Below, piece after piece: positions 13,356 to 25,682 of a DNA stretch of 64,000 nucleotides. The notes beneath the pieces are model-generated. The model searched no databases, was not told where the DNA came from, and saw nothing but the letters and a program-made list of their open reading frames with translations. The position numbers and the translations under genes were made by a program. Every line of letters begins with the position of its first letter. The first letter of the stretch is position 1. The stretch is from Alloascoidea hylecoeti (taxonomy: Eukaryota): the NCBI GenBank assembly GCA_001600815.1, contig BCKZ01000009.1:336194-400193 (forward strand), given 5' to 3'.

Positions 13356-14399
13356 TTATAACTGTGCAGAAGTGTTTGGTACCTTATTCAAGATCTCGAC
13401 CCAATAACCATCTGGATCTTTAACCAACGAAGAATTTTCTTGGAAATCGTGTACAAGTTGAATCCCTTCTTTTTTTAGCTTGTTAGTTAGCGCTTTAGCA
13501 TTATCTACTCTTATTCCTATATGGCTGTAACCAATAATACCGTCATCATCTTTTTCATGGCCATCATAATATTTAAAGTCGGGGTCCTTTTCGGAATCAT
13601 AGTTATACGTAAGCTCTAGCATTCCCTCAGCGTCCCCGGTATACGCATCCCCTTCCTTGAAATCACTGTCATTAGAAAACCCAAGAAAATATAAGTCAAA
13701 CTTTGCATCCGGAAACTTCTTGATTTCGAATAATTTCATACCCAGAAGTGCACGATAAAACTTGAGTGAAAGATCTATGTCTTTAACTCTAACCATTGTA
13801 TGATTGAATCTATAGTTTTCAACTTTGGTCTCATTAGCCTGGACCGATTGTGAAACAGCTGAGTTTTCAATAAGCTCAATCCAATAGCCATTGGGATCCA
13901 AAAAGAAAGCAATGTCTTTTTGTCTTCCATCAGCCAGTTTTTTCTTAAATGCAACGCCTTTGGAAAGCAGAAGATTCTCAACGGCTTGTATATTATCAAC
14001 GGAGATGCACACATGACCAAAACCTCTATACGGATCAGAGTTGCCATTTTCGACTTTGACATTAAAATCCGGTTGGGGGGAGATCAATTGCAATTGCAGA
14101 AGGCCCTGGCGACGGAAGTACGGCTTTCTGTACGATAGTGAGTCGGGGGTGTCGTAGCCCAACAAATACGATTGGGATCCATTGTTCTGTACGGTTTCAA
14201 TGAGAGAAAGGCCGAGTATCTGAGTGTAGAAGTTGAGGGATTCCGTGATGTCAGCGACACGGAGGGCGGTGGAGCTGAGCAGGTAGGAGGACGGATCGGT
14301 CGACATTGTCCTGAGAGATGTGGAGGTGGTTGGGTTGCGCCGGGCGGAGGCCATGAGCCGGAATGCGGCGGCCGAGGTGGATCTGAAGGAATTCAGCAT
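13356..14399 (-). CDS. GLO1: Glyoxalase I (lactoylglutathione lyase), two-domain fungal type, with N-terminal presequence-like extension
   Basis: Duplicated VOC motifs (GFGHVCISVDN, DPNGYWIE, FNHTMVRVKD, LELTYNY, DPDGYWVE); second in-frame ATG at 14306 gives MSTDP.., resembling the budding-yeast Glo1 start. Confidence 0.95.
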   Translation of the reverse strand: MLNSFRSTSAAAFRLMASARRNPTTSTSLRTMSTDPSSYLLSSTALRVADITESLNFYTQILGLSLIETVQNNGSQSYLLGYDTPDSLSYRKPYFRRQGLLQLQLISPQPDFNVKVENGNSDPYRGFGHVCISVDNIQAVENLLLSKGVAFKKKLADGRQKDIAFFLDPNGYWIELIENSAVSQSVQANETKVENYRFNHTMVRVKDIDLSLKFYRALLGMKLFEIKKFPDAKFDLYFLGFSNDSDFKEGDAYTGDAEGMLELTYNYDSEKDPDFKYYDGHEKDDDGIIGYSHIGIRVDNAKALTNKLKKEGIQLVHDFQENSSLVKDPDGYWVEILNKVPNTSAQL

Positions 14400-14609
14400 A
14401 TGTGGAGCTTAATTGTTGCTTTGAAATTCGAGCGACAGATTTGTGGCGACCGTGCTGAGATGTACGCAATGCTTGCGGCTACAAACAAACGTGCAGGCTC
14501 GTAAACCGTAAATGGTAAACCGTAAAGTTAATAGTTTCTGCGGGGGATAAAAAGCTCGATTCTCCCACATTCCTTTTCTCCCTCCTCCTCTATATCGAAT
14601 TCTCTCATA

Positions 14610-15194
14610 ATGTCAAACGATTTTGTTGTTTCTGCTGTTGGCTTCATTAACTCTAACAGAGTTAGTATTCTTGGACTCTTGGGTGCTAACCCAACCATCA
14701 TCCCAGATGATTTAAGAGACCTCTACTTAAAGGTTGCTACCTATACTGATGGAAGTTTCACAACCAACACTGAACTTGTTGCTCAATTCAAGACTGATGA
14801 ATACTTGTCTTTCGTCCAAAACTTGTCTAGTTACGGAATTGATGCTGGTATTAATGGCGCCGCTTCTGCTACTGCTTCTGCCACTTCTGAGGCTGCTTCA
14901 TCTTCTGCTGCTCCAGTCACTACATCTTCCAAGACTGCTGAATCAACTGCTGAATCAACTGCTGCTTCTGCTGCCAAGACCGAATCTTCTAAGGTTGAAT
15001 CTTCTTCTAAGGCTGAATCTTCCAAGGGTCAATCATCTGCTAAAGCTTCTGGTTCTTCCTCTAAGGCTGCTTCAGGATCTGCTTCTAAAAGTGCCAGCAG
15101 CTCCACGGGTGCCGCTGCCCATGCTGGTATTGACTCCACCTTCTTTGGCCCAGCTGTCCTTTTAGCTGGTTCATTAGTGCTCAGCATTTTATAA
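14610..15194 (+). CDS. Ser/Ala/Thr-rich putative GPI-anchored cell-wall mannoprotein, Srp1/Tip1-like
   Basis: LYLKVATYTDGSFTT resembles the Srp1/Tip1-type domain; S/A/K repeats; C-terminal STGAA followed by a hydrophobic tail (AVLLAGSLVLSIL); strongly biased codons (GCT/TCT). Confidence 0.75.
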   Translation: MSNDFVVSAVGFINSNRVSILGLLGANPTIIPDDLRDLYLKVATYTDGSFTTNTELVAQFKTDEYLSFVQNLSSYGIDAGINGAASATASATSEAASSSAAPVTTSSKTAESTAESTAASAAKTESSKVESSSKAESSKGQSSAKASGSSSKAASGSASKSASSSTGAAAHAGIDSTFFGPAVLLAGSLVLSIL

Positions 15195-16826
15195 GCTTAA
15201 CACAAACTGATGGTTTTTAAAATTTAATAAGATAATCAAAATTGCTAATTGTTGCTCTTTTTTGTCTTTTTCTTGTTCAACCTTAATTATCTAAATAAAT
15301 TGTTTAATTTAATTATTGACATGGTATATAATATATATTTACTTAATACACTTAATTTCCAACTTTATCATTTGTATATATCTTAATGATGAAATTATCA
15401 ATAATGAAAAATACCCATTAAGATGTAATAATATTGATATATATCATCATAACCTCGGAGTTTTAATTCACATTCATTCCAATTTGAAAAACGATTTAAA
15501 CTTTTTGCAGTTACAACAAGAAAGCAACTGTTCCATATCACACCATTTATTAATAATTTTGTCCAATATTGAATAAATCTTTTCAATTTGAAAAATTTGG
15601 AAGCCAACTTATAATTAATTGACTCTTTTTTTTGATCTGAAATATTTACTATTCTATTTATTTTCAAATTTAAAAACTAATTTTGTATGTAAAACATATG
15701 GCAGCTGTGGGCGTAGTCCCCCTCTCCAATCACGACAATTTAAAATTAGGACTGTATTGCTAACTGAAATTTATTCTGAATCCGGAAAAATCTTTATGTG
15801 AATTTTCATGCATTATGCACTGTTATTATGTATTTAAGTTTAAATATGGTTTGCTTTTTCTAAGGACTTCCTTCATTATAGGCCAGCCCCCATTTCGATC
15901 CATGGCATGCTTTATGAGTACTGCATTAGTGTACTAGCACATTCTCCATTTCCTTACTTAAAGCTAACTGCAGAAAAGTAAGTTAGCTACATTACTATTC
16001 AGATCTATTATAAGTTTCATTATGTATTGTTGATATAATTGATTACATGGATTCGAGTATACCGGTAGTTCAGACTCGCAACCCCATTTTCATTAATATT
16101 TTTACATTTACCATTTTAACTAGACATTTTTGCTTCCAAATTATTCATTCGCGGTTGGAATGATACATGGATAATTGAGAAGTAACAAATTAATTGCTGC
16201 TAATGATTTAGCGCCGATTGGGATATTATAGGAAAAAAGGTTTATGATCAATCAATCAATAATATAGCTATAAGTAAACATCAATCGGTATCTTTCAATA
16301 TCATTTAAACTAAATGTTGGGAAACGCGATAGACCAAATATTCGGCCATTACGATTAATAATTTTAGGCAACATTTAACTAATTTTAGATCGCCTTTTCT
16401 ACCCGAAGTTGTTCCATAACACGGATATTAACGGATCATACCGCTATTAATACCGCTGAAAATTAGTTAATTCTCTTGTGTTGGTACTAGGTAAGCAATG
16501 GAATATATAATGCTAAGAGGGATGTGTATTATGTTACCGTTGAATATTACATGTACAATAGCAACTCATCTTTGGTGAGACATAGAAGAATCTGGTGGGA
16601 TTTTTTTTATAGATTTTAGATGTCTTTGGTGTCATTTAGCAAATGGAATGTTCTCCACATAATTTGCATTTCCACGATTTCATCAATTGCAATGTTATTT
16701 ATACAACCAAATATGTGTATGTGTATTTTATGTAAACAATAAATAATCCTATTATATTTTAAAAAATGTTTTTCTAATGCTGCATAATAATGCTGCACAT
16801 CTGCGCACGGTTGGTCAGTGAAGCGC

Positions 16827-16862
16827 GGTTGGTAAAGCTGGTGGTAAAGCTGGTGGTAAACC
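16827..16862. repeat. Short tandem repeat, ~3 copies of GGTGGTAAAGCT
   Basis: ggttggtaaagct-ggtggtaaagct-ggtggtaaacc read directly. Confidence 0.8.
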
Positions 16863-17424
16863 ACGATCAAAGTAAAACTTTATAGGACGGACATAAGATC
16901 TCATAAGTCTTCCAAACTTATATCTTATATCTTTCCTAATGAATTATACCATTTTAACTGAACAACTATTAAACAGTGTGTTATTCGATTTCGATATGTA
17001 CACACATCTTTAATCATAACCATAAGGTGCATTGCAATTGTATTAGAGTGTCATTAGCGTGGCAAGGGGGTAGAGAATCTAGAAATATATTTTTTTTCAA
17101 AAATTTGTAGTATTTTGATGATATTCAGAATGGCCCAGCATTTAGTCTAATTGGTAATCGAAATTAAAAGAAATCACTCTCTGTATCGTCACTGTTTCGA
17201 AATCCATTCCTCTTAAGTTTCAAGATCGCAATGCATTACCAATAGGCTACATTATTTTACTAAATTTAGGAGTAAATACAATTCAATACTAAATTGGTCT
17301 CACCTCTCTATTTTAATTACAAAATCAAAAGTAGATATTAATGCTCTTTAAAATTATAAGATGTCTTTTTATTTAAGGCCTGTAATTGATATATCACAAG
17401 TTTAAAAATGATAATTGCAATTAT

Positions 17425-18827
17425 TTAAAGGCCCCAACCAGAAACTTCTACCTTATGTGAGTCACCAAATGGGTCATCATCTTCCGTTGATTCAGATATA
17501 TTGGATCTAGAATCTGAAGCCTCTGTCGTCTTGGTACTTAAACTTGCCTTCTTTACTGGAATTGGAGGTGGTTTTCGGGTGATAGTAGGAAATTTCGAGT
17601 TTTTGGGTGAAGAGATCTTAGTTCTTGATACTCCTTCTGATATGCTTCCATCATCACTAGATTCAGATTCACTATCTTCCGAGTCTGAATCTTCTCCTGG
17701 TGCACGGCTCATCTCATCATATTTTTTCAAAGCAGCAACTAACTCTTCATTCGCATGAATTAATGGCCCTAAAAACTCTTCTGATGAGGCAATTAATTGA
17801 ATATACCGTAGAATCTTTCTTCTTACATCTCTTGCCTTTTCAAAGCATTCCGTCGCTTTCCTATTTTCCGTAGAAAGCTCTTCTTCTCTATTTATAACTT
17901 CTAATGAATTCATCAAATTGGTAGCAGCTGATCCTGCTTCAGCTAAAGTTGCATATATCTTTGGTTTTTCCTTCACTATATTCAAATCCTCACGTTTGGG
18001 AGATATCTCTCTTTGTTTCTTTTTATGATTGGTTTGTCCTTGAGAACTTCCACCATAAAAATCATCATCGTATTTTCCAGATCGGGATTTTCTATGAGAT
18101 TTAGAAGTCTTGCGATTATGTTTATTAATTCCACTAGATTGCGGTGGTTCAGGACTATTTCCAGAATCATCAGTTAAATTATCATCCAAATACGCAGGTT
18201 TTGGTTTTGACTTCTTCTTTTTCGGGAGTTGTTGGTATAACTTATTTAGTGAGTTATATTGAGATTGATCTTTAAACTCAGTTGCCCATCCAATAAACAG
18301 TGATGTGAGTTTTTTTTTCACTTCAGGAGTCGTAGAAGAGTCCGAGGCAGATATCCTTAAACGTTCCAACAATCGTTCATCATTGTATAGTGCTGTAGGT
18401 TGTTAGCATCTTTGTCTTATCGGTCTCAATAGTCATAAAACATACGTTTTAAATGATTCCCTCCATTCTGTACAAGTAATTCAAGTAACTATAGCCGCGA
18501 AAAAGATGAATCAGTATTTGGTTGTTCAATATGTATCATATATTCATACCTCTAAGGCTTTCAGCTGGTTATCGGGAGACCCATACTTTAACTTTTTTCT
18601 AATAGCTCTGGCAGCTTCAGTGGGTCTATAGAGAAATAGTGGTGAGTTAGACCTCAATGTGTCAAGATAACCCTTAAATTAAGAAGTACAAACCCTGTTG
18701 ATTGTATTTTTATGGAGTCCAACAACTCAACAAATTCACCATATAGGTCCTCGTCATCATTTTGGGTAGTCACTCTCTCAATAATAGAGCTGACCGTCGT
18801 GTACGGATGATCTGTCAGAAATCCCAT
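17425..18827 (-). CDS. LSB5: Lsb5 (VHS-GAT endocytic adaptor); 4 exons (18827-18694, 18625-18550, 18488-18446, 18392-17425)
   Basis: N-terminus MGFLTDHPYT; spliced VHS sequence STGPTEAARAIRKKLKYG..KALELLELLVQNGG; introns GTTTGT..TAG, GTATGA..TAG and GTATGT..GCTAAC..CAG all keep frame; GAT domain (RRKILRYIQL..LIHANEELV); C-terminal DPFGD. Confidence 0.93.
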
Positions 18828-18977
18828 AGTGCCCACACAAAGGAACTGCTGGCGATCTTTGTACAATTAAAGATGGCTTAATTATCTAACAATGCGGATT
18901 TTCACCACCAAACTTCCGGGAATTATGATTACGTGCTTGTTCAGAGATTGCTTTGTGATTATAAATATTCTTCCCAC

Positions 18978-19539
<562 letters not shown>

Positions 19540-19896
19540 ATCCGAATGTGATTGAAAATGAGTACACTTAAATATAAGCCCTTGTAGGCATCTTATTAGT
19601 TATAATCATAGTTGAAAATATAAATACACACATTTAAAACATAAATAGTCTTTATATGAATCTGTTTGCCGATCTCCAATATCCAGTATATATTATAATC
19701 AATGCCAAATTCAAACTTATTTTATAAACACATAAACAAAAGTATAGGTAAGCCACTTAAATAATATAGAATCAAGAAATATTCAAAAAGAAGGTAAATA
19801 AAAGATCAAAAAAAAAAAAGCACTAGAAATTAGGCATATAGCTATGGTAGAAAGAGAGCATAAATAAAGCCATTTGTTATATTAAATTGGAGTCAT

Positions 19897-22800
19897 TCAC
19901 ATGGAATCATCAATAGAATCAGCATCAAATGATGACATTTCTGGGCAATCTGCAGCAACATGCCCTTCTTCGTCACATAAAGCACACCAGAGTTTTCTAC
20001 CATTCATTGGATGGTCCAATTCATCAAATTTGGAGAAGTTGGTAGTATTCTGTTTAGAAAATATGTTGGACGGGGCAATTGTTTCGGGTGAACGTGTCAA
20101 AGGTATTGTATTCACGGATGGATTGGACGAGTGACCATTATTGAGGGTATATGTGGCGGCTGAGATCCCAGATGTGGTTTTGGAGGATGAAGAGGGCGAC
20201 TCTGTGAGTTTGTTATTGGTGACATCTTTGTTGAAACTGGCTAATGAAGCACTGGTGTTAGAAATGAATATGGACGATCGATGACTAGAACTTACTACCG
20301 AAGATCTAGGAGGTTGAGTGCTGAACAACGATGAATGTGGACTTGACTCACTTGAGTTTTGATAACTCAAATGTGAGTTAGGGGGTTGCCCGAATGAATA
20401 ATGACTTAAGCGGCTTGAACTATGTCTAAGATCTTGAATTACTCTTTCCAACTCGATTTCTTTCTGCTCCTGTTTCTCTAATTGTTCTTGTAATTTGCGT
20501 CTAATGAGTACCCTTTCTTCTTTCGCTTCTTTATTTTGTTCAAGTTGCTCCTTTATTTTTCGTAGCTCTTGTAATGAATTTCCGACTTCCTGTTTTGAAC
20601 TATCACTATTTTCTTTTAATCGTTGAATAGAATCGAGAAGCCTGTGATCTGCCCTTTTCTTCAAATGTTTGTTTTTGTCCACCTTCAAAATCAATGCATT
20701 TAGTCTAACATAATCAGAATCACTTAGTGCCTCACTGATTACTCGGTCTTTATTCATTGGACCTCTTAATAGAGCAACTTTTTGGTCTATTTGCAGTAAT
20801 AGTAAATCGTTCTCTTTTTTAGATCGCTCAATTTTTTGCCTTAATTCCATCAGTTTGTTTGATCTATCTGGGATTTTATAGGCGCTGTTGTAAAGATCCG
20901 AGTTTTCATCTTTATAAATATCTAATTGCTTCCTAATAATATCTAATTCGATATTATTTTCAAAATTGGTCAAACTTGCTAATCCATTTGTGAGTCCTTG
21001 AGCCAAATCCCCAAATCCGCTAAATGCTGTGTTTTCATTAGGTTTTGATACAGGTATAGTGGCACTGTTTTTATAGGAATCCATTTTTACTTCTCTTTCT
21101 TTTAATGATAATTTTAATTGTTTCAGTCTTTCATCACTGTTTTTCAAGTCATTCAATTGTTCTTTCAAATTTCTACGATCTATTTTGAAGGAATTTAATT
21201 GCTTGTTGAGATAATCCATATAATTTATAGTGGTATCATGGGCACCTTTCCCCTCTCGATCTGCTTTCCCCTTTTTTAACATATTGATTTTTTCAATAAG
21301 AGCCTTTATTTCTTCATCTTTTTGTTTAAGTGTGGATGCTTTACCACTTAACTCATTTCTATCCTTTGTCATTGATCTGATTGTAGTTTTCAATCTTTGC
21401 AGCTCATCACCACCTTGATTATTCGCTTTGTTGTTTGATTCGATTTTCAATTGTTCTAGTAGATTTTTATTTTCTTCTTGATAGTGAGCAAGGATAAATT
21501 TTTGTTCTTCAAATTGCTTTTTACGTGTCGTTATAGTGGAACTCTCGAATCTCAATTGCTGAATCAATTTATCTTGTTCTTCAACCTTGACAGCTAATGT
21601 TCCGATTTCGTCCTTATTGTCGACAGGTTTCCCCTCTGAGATCAATTTATCTTTCATTTGTAAAATTCGTTTGTATTTTTGCTCTAGAGATTCAATATTA
21701 TGTTGTGAATTTCTATCCACCTGCAACTTCAGTTTCGTTAACTCTTGATGATACATTTCAGAGGATTCCTGGATTTGATGTTCCAGTGCTTGAACAACAT
21801 CTCTAAATTCCTTCCTTCTATCTTCGAATTCAGTTTTTACGATCGAGATTTGATTGTTTTTATCGTTTATTACTTCTGTGAGCTTTCTAAACTTTTGATT
21901 AAATTCATCTTGCAAAGTACGTTCAATCTGATGTTCTTTAGTATCATCAGTAGCGTCATCATTATAGAGATTTCTTGTTGTTAATCTCATAACTGTTTCC
22001 TCCATATTTCTGAGATGTAACGCCTGTTGCTCCATTTTAACGATTTGTGATTCGGTGGACATCGCTAATTCTTCTTTTTCTTTGTTTAACTTAGCGTTCG
22101 ATTCTTCGAGACTTTTTGATTGCATCATTAAGCCGGCTGATTTGGGACTTAATTTCGCATTATTCTCATCCAGCTCATCATATGAATCTGCGAAAGAGCT
22201 GGAAAGTGTAGAGTTTGAAACTATAGATTGGGATGAAACCCGCCTGTTTAAATAATTTCTCGTGGAAATGGTTGAAGAGTTTGATTTAGTTCGCGGAAGT
22301 GAGGATGACGCCAAGGACGATTTTCTTCGGGAGAATTTTTCAGCTATCGCTATATGCCGAAGATCTGGAGAACTTGTGAGTCTTAGAGTATCAGCCAACT
22401 TTTTGGAGAGGCTCAATCTATTTTTTATCGGTTCATAGGAGTCCTCCTGGATGGTCATGGGGGGAGATGTGATTCTCATTTGAACTGATTTTAGAGGAAG
22501 AAACAGACCTGAATTTGGCACGGATAGTTGGAAATATTGAATACTGGGAAAAGAAAGACAAAAGCGATATTAGAGTTGCGTGGATATGAAAAATAAGATT
22601 AAGACAATTACAGATTTTAAGTAGCATAGTAAAGCATACATACCCATTTATTGAACCGTTATTTTTACCCTTTTGGATGCTATTCCCAATCAGCTCCAAT
22701 CCAACATACTCACCTTTTTTCCCCTTCACGGGGCCGCGATACTTGATGATGCCTCGTATTCCCTTGGAGGTCGAGACAACCGAGCCCAGGGCCAAAGGGC

Positions 22801-22939
22801 TGCTGGGACTGTCTGCAATAGGCGACAGAATCTGCGGCTTTGGCAGGGAAGCACGAGCAGAGCTAATCAGGGGTTTTGGGGTACCGATTCGTCCGTTCTC
22901 ATGCAGGGCGACTAATGTGGTGTTCTGCTTCGCTGCCAT
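19897..22939 (-). CDS. BIK1: CLIP-170 family microtubule plus-end protein (Bik1/Tip1); 2 exons (22939-22644, 22543-19897)
   Basis: CAP-Gly domain (GIIKYRGPVKGKKGEYVGLEL..GKNNGSING|IQYF..SGLF) completed by intron 22544-22643 (GTATGT..CAG); long coiled coil; C-terminal zinc knuckle WCALCDEEGHVAADCP. Confidence 0.85.
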
Positions 22940-24078
22940 CACTTTTCTTCTCTCTGCTGATCAACTAATCCGCGAATCTTTTGCTGACTTTGTCTCCCGC
23001 TCGATAAAGGGTGACCGAAGAAAAAGGAATAGAATAAGTTACTATGTGCCCAAATCTCAAGATCGTAACGGTCCGGATCCTGACTTCCGTTTTTTGTTCC
23101 TATCCAGGTACAGGGTTTCCACGTGAGGTTCCAAAAGTGAAAGAATGCAGCTACTGTTTGACGCCCTGCGACAAATCTTGTCTCAATTAATTATAGAGCC
23201 CGAAATACAAGAGTATCAGAGGACAAAGAAAGTAAAGATGGGCGAAGATAAAAGCGTGACCAAGCCTTTATCATGACCAGAGTCTGGTAAGTGGAGAAAT
23301 TGAAAGGTAAAAGTGGCCAGATATCGGAACTTTTCATGGCCTTTTAAATTCATATTAATATAACTTTCGGCCACTGATATGTATGACATAGCTATCAGCT
23401 AGTTATACATGTATATTTGAGTGGATATCGTACCTCTTATATTATTAATCAGTTAATATCTAGACATCTAGGCGTATATATAGGCTTTTTTGCTTTATTT
23501 GTGGGTATTTAAAGGGCAAGCTTGTACCTTTTTCTGACAAAACGTTAGTCACCCACACAGAATTTAATGTTCTATTCTTGAAAACTTTAATTCTGGTCTA
23601 ACAGAATAATCCATATAATATACGTACATGTTTATTCATAAACTCCTGGGGTTAACCACTTCATCAACTACGTAGTACGTACCTAATGCCCAATAATAAG
23701 AAACTGGTGTAAATCCCCTGTATTCTACTTAAACTTAAACTTATAGGCTCAGCAATGTCAGCATACCATAAAATGCATGTACTGGGAATCTCAATATACC
23801 ATTGGTTACAAAACTTAATCTTGTTGATTTATATGATTAATAACGATATATATATCTGTATTATACAAGCTTAAAAGGTTCCTATCCCGGGCCAGCTGCC
23901 AACGGTGAATGAAGTATTTTCTCAAATTTACAGTCAATGGATACACAGTAACAGAACTCTTTATCAACTCCCCATCGTAAATCATCGCAGCTGACAACTG
24001 TCAAAAGTAATATAAATAATATCAGAAATATTTCCGAAACACAATTCCAATATTTTTAACATGATATTTCAGCAGTAC

Positions 24079-24475
24079 TACGTCATCTCATCCAGAGGTA
24101 CCACCCTTCTGGTCACCCTTCTATAAAACATCTGCCCTTGCTCTCTTTTTTACTACCCCACAACCACCAACAATGGTAAAATCTAAGATCACTTAGCACT
24201 TGGATCAAGGGATACATAAATGAGGCTACCAAACTTCATAGTAAGAAGTTGCCTTGAGCTGAATGTATCGATCACTCAAATTTCTTAGAAACGCAGGATT
24301 GGCCCATTCAACACTCATCTATCGTATCAATGGTGGGAAATCCAGATCAGCAGCTAAAGAAGCGTTTCCAATTTTGTACAATGCCCAAGAGAATTAAATA
24401 ACTATAATGATACTTTATTTTACGAAAATGGGGAAGGGGCGGACAGAAATCCTATATTGTTGGTTGGTATACGTA
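24079..24475 (+). mobile_element. Decayed, internally deleted pogo/Fot1-like (Tc1/mariner superfamily) DNA transposon relic
   Basis: 24287-24397 translates RNAGLAHSTLIYRINGGKSRSAAKEAFPILYNAQE, resembling the Fot1/pogo N-terminal HTH (STL..R.NG..SR..A....L...QE), preceded in another frame by NVSITQIS. ATG at 24173 after a TATAAAA. Ends TACGT/ACGTA with weak inverted similarity (CCCTTC / GAAGGG); multiple stops and frameshifts. Confidence 0.5.
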
Positions 24476-25642
24476 GACCGAAGATATTCAGAAGAGCTCG
24501 GGGATGAGCTATATGTATTATATAAATTAACGTGCATATGCTTATTAACTGATCATACACGTATATAGGCCTTTATATATAACTATAAGCTTTCATCTTG
24601 ATTTTTCTTCTATAAATAATTATAAATATTATAAAAATTAGTCCACTGTTGTTGAAAAGCTGCCATTAATATTTGCTATGACCACTGACGAGTTACTCTT
24701 GGTTTAGACCCATATTATAAAATTTTAATATGCAAGAGTCTTCTCTAATAAAATGTTATATTATAATAAAATGCAACCTCCAAAAGTTTGCAATGACGAT
24801 TGCAACAATCTTATAAGGAGATAGTCCAATATAGTTTATCTTATATATGCCATATTTAACTTTAAAATAAAATTTTCGAGAGACATCTTTACCACTGTTT
24901 TTTTTTGGAATATTTTAACGGTGTATTTATAACACAACGAAGGTGGGGTTGTAACTTTGTAATTATCGTTATACTCAACGTATTGTCATATTCCAAATTC
25001 CTGGATATCCGAAACAATTGATAAAATAATATTAGAATATTATAAATAAACTCCTAATTATTCATTGATATAATTGCCAATTTGTCATTGGAATCGAAAA
25101 TTTTACAGCTGTTTGAATATATAATATTAATGTTATTTAATTTTTATATCATTAGTAAGCTTAAGTTTAAATGGCATAACCATTATATTTAACGTTGTTG
25201 TACTACATGAATTATAATTAATATGGTAATATTGGGCTGCATATGCCTAGTATGCTACCAAATTTAATATGCTAATTCCATAATTCACGGCGGATATTGG
25301 CAAATGTGGCACATTTGGCTCATCAGCCCCTAATTTCATTCTTATAGCCACGCGACTTAATATGAGATACATAATCATGTGATCATGGGTTGAGAGCCCA
25401 GTTGAGAAACTTGCTTCAAAGCCATTCATATTTTCATAATTATCTTAGCTAGACACTATCAAATTATAAATAATTAGTGTAATCATCTTTAAGATTTTAA
25501 TCTTTATAGGCCTATTATATATATTGTGTATATATCTTTGACTATCAAGTACGTTAACATCACATCGATTATGTACGTACATATAGTATTATATTACTTT
25601 GAAAAGCCAATTGCAATTAATACTTGTATTGCGATGATGTAA

Positions 25643-25682
25643 TGTGAAGTTTGTGAAGTTGTAAAGTTGTAAAGTTGTGAAC
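25643..25682. repeat. Short tandem repeat of TGT(G/A)AAGT, ~5 units
   Basis: tgtgaagtttgtgaagttgtaaagttgtaaagttgtgaa read directly. Confidence 0.7.

Noticed and set aside
16827..16862. G-rich tandem repeat as telomeric seed or CRISPR-like array
   Set aside because: Only ~3 contiguous units, no spacers, eukaryotic context, and the species' telomere repeat is unknown.
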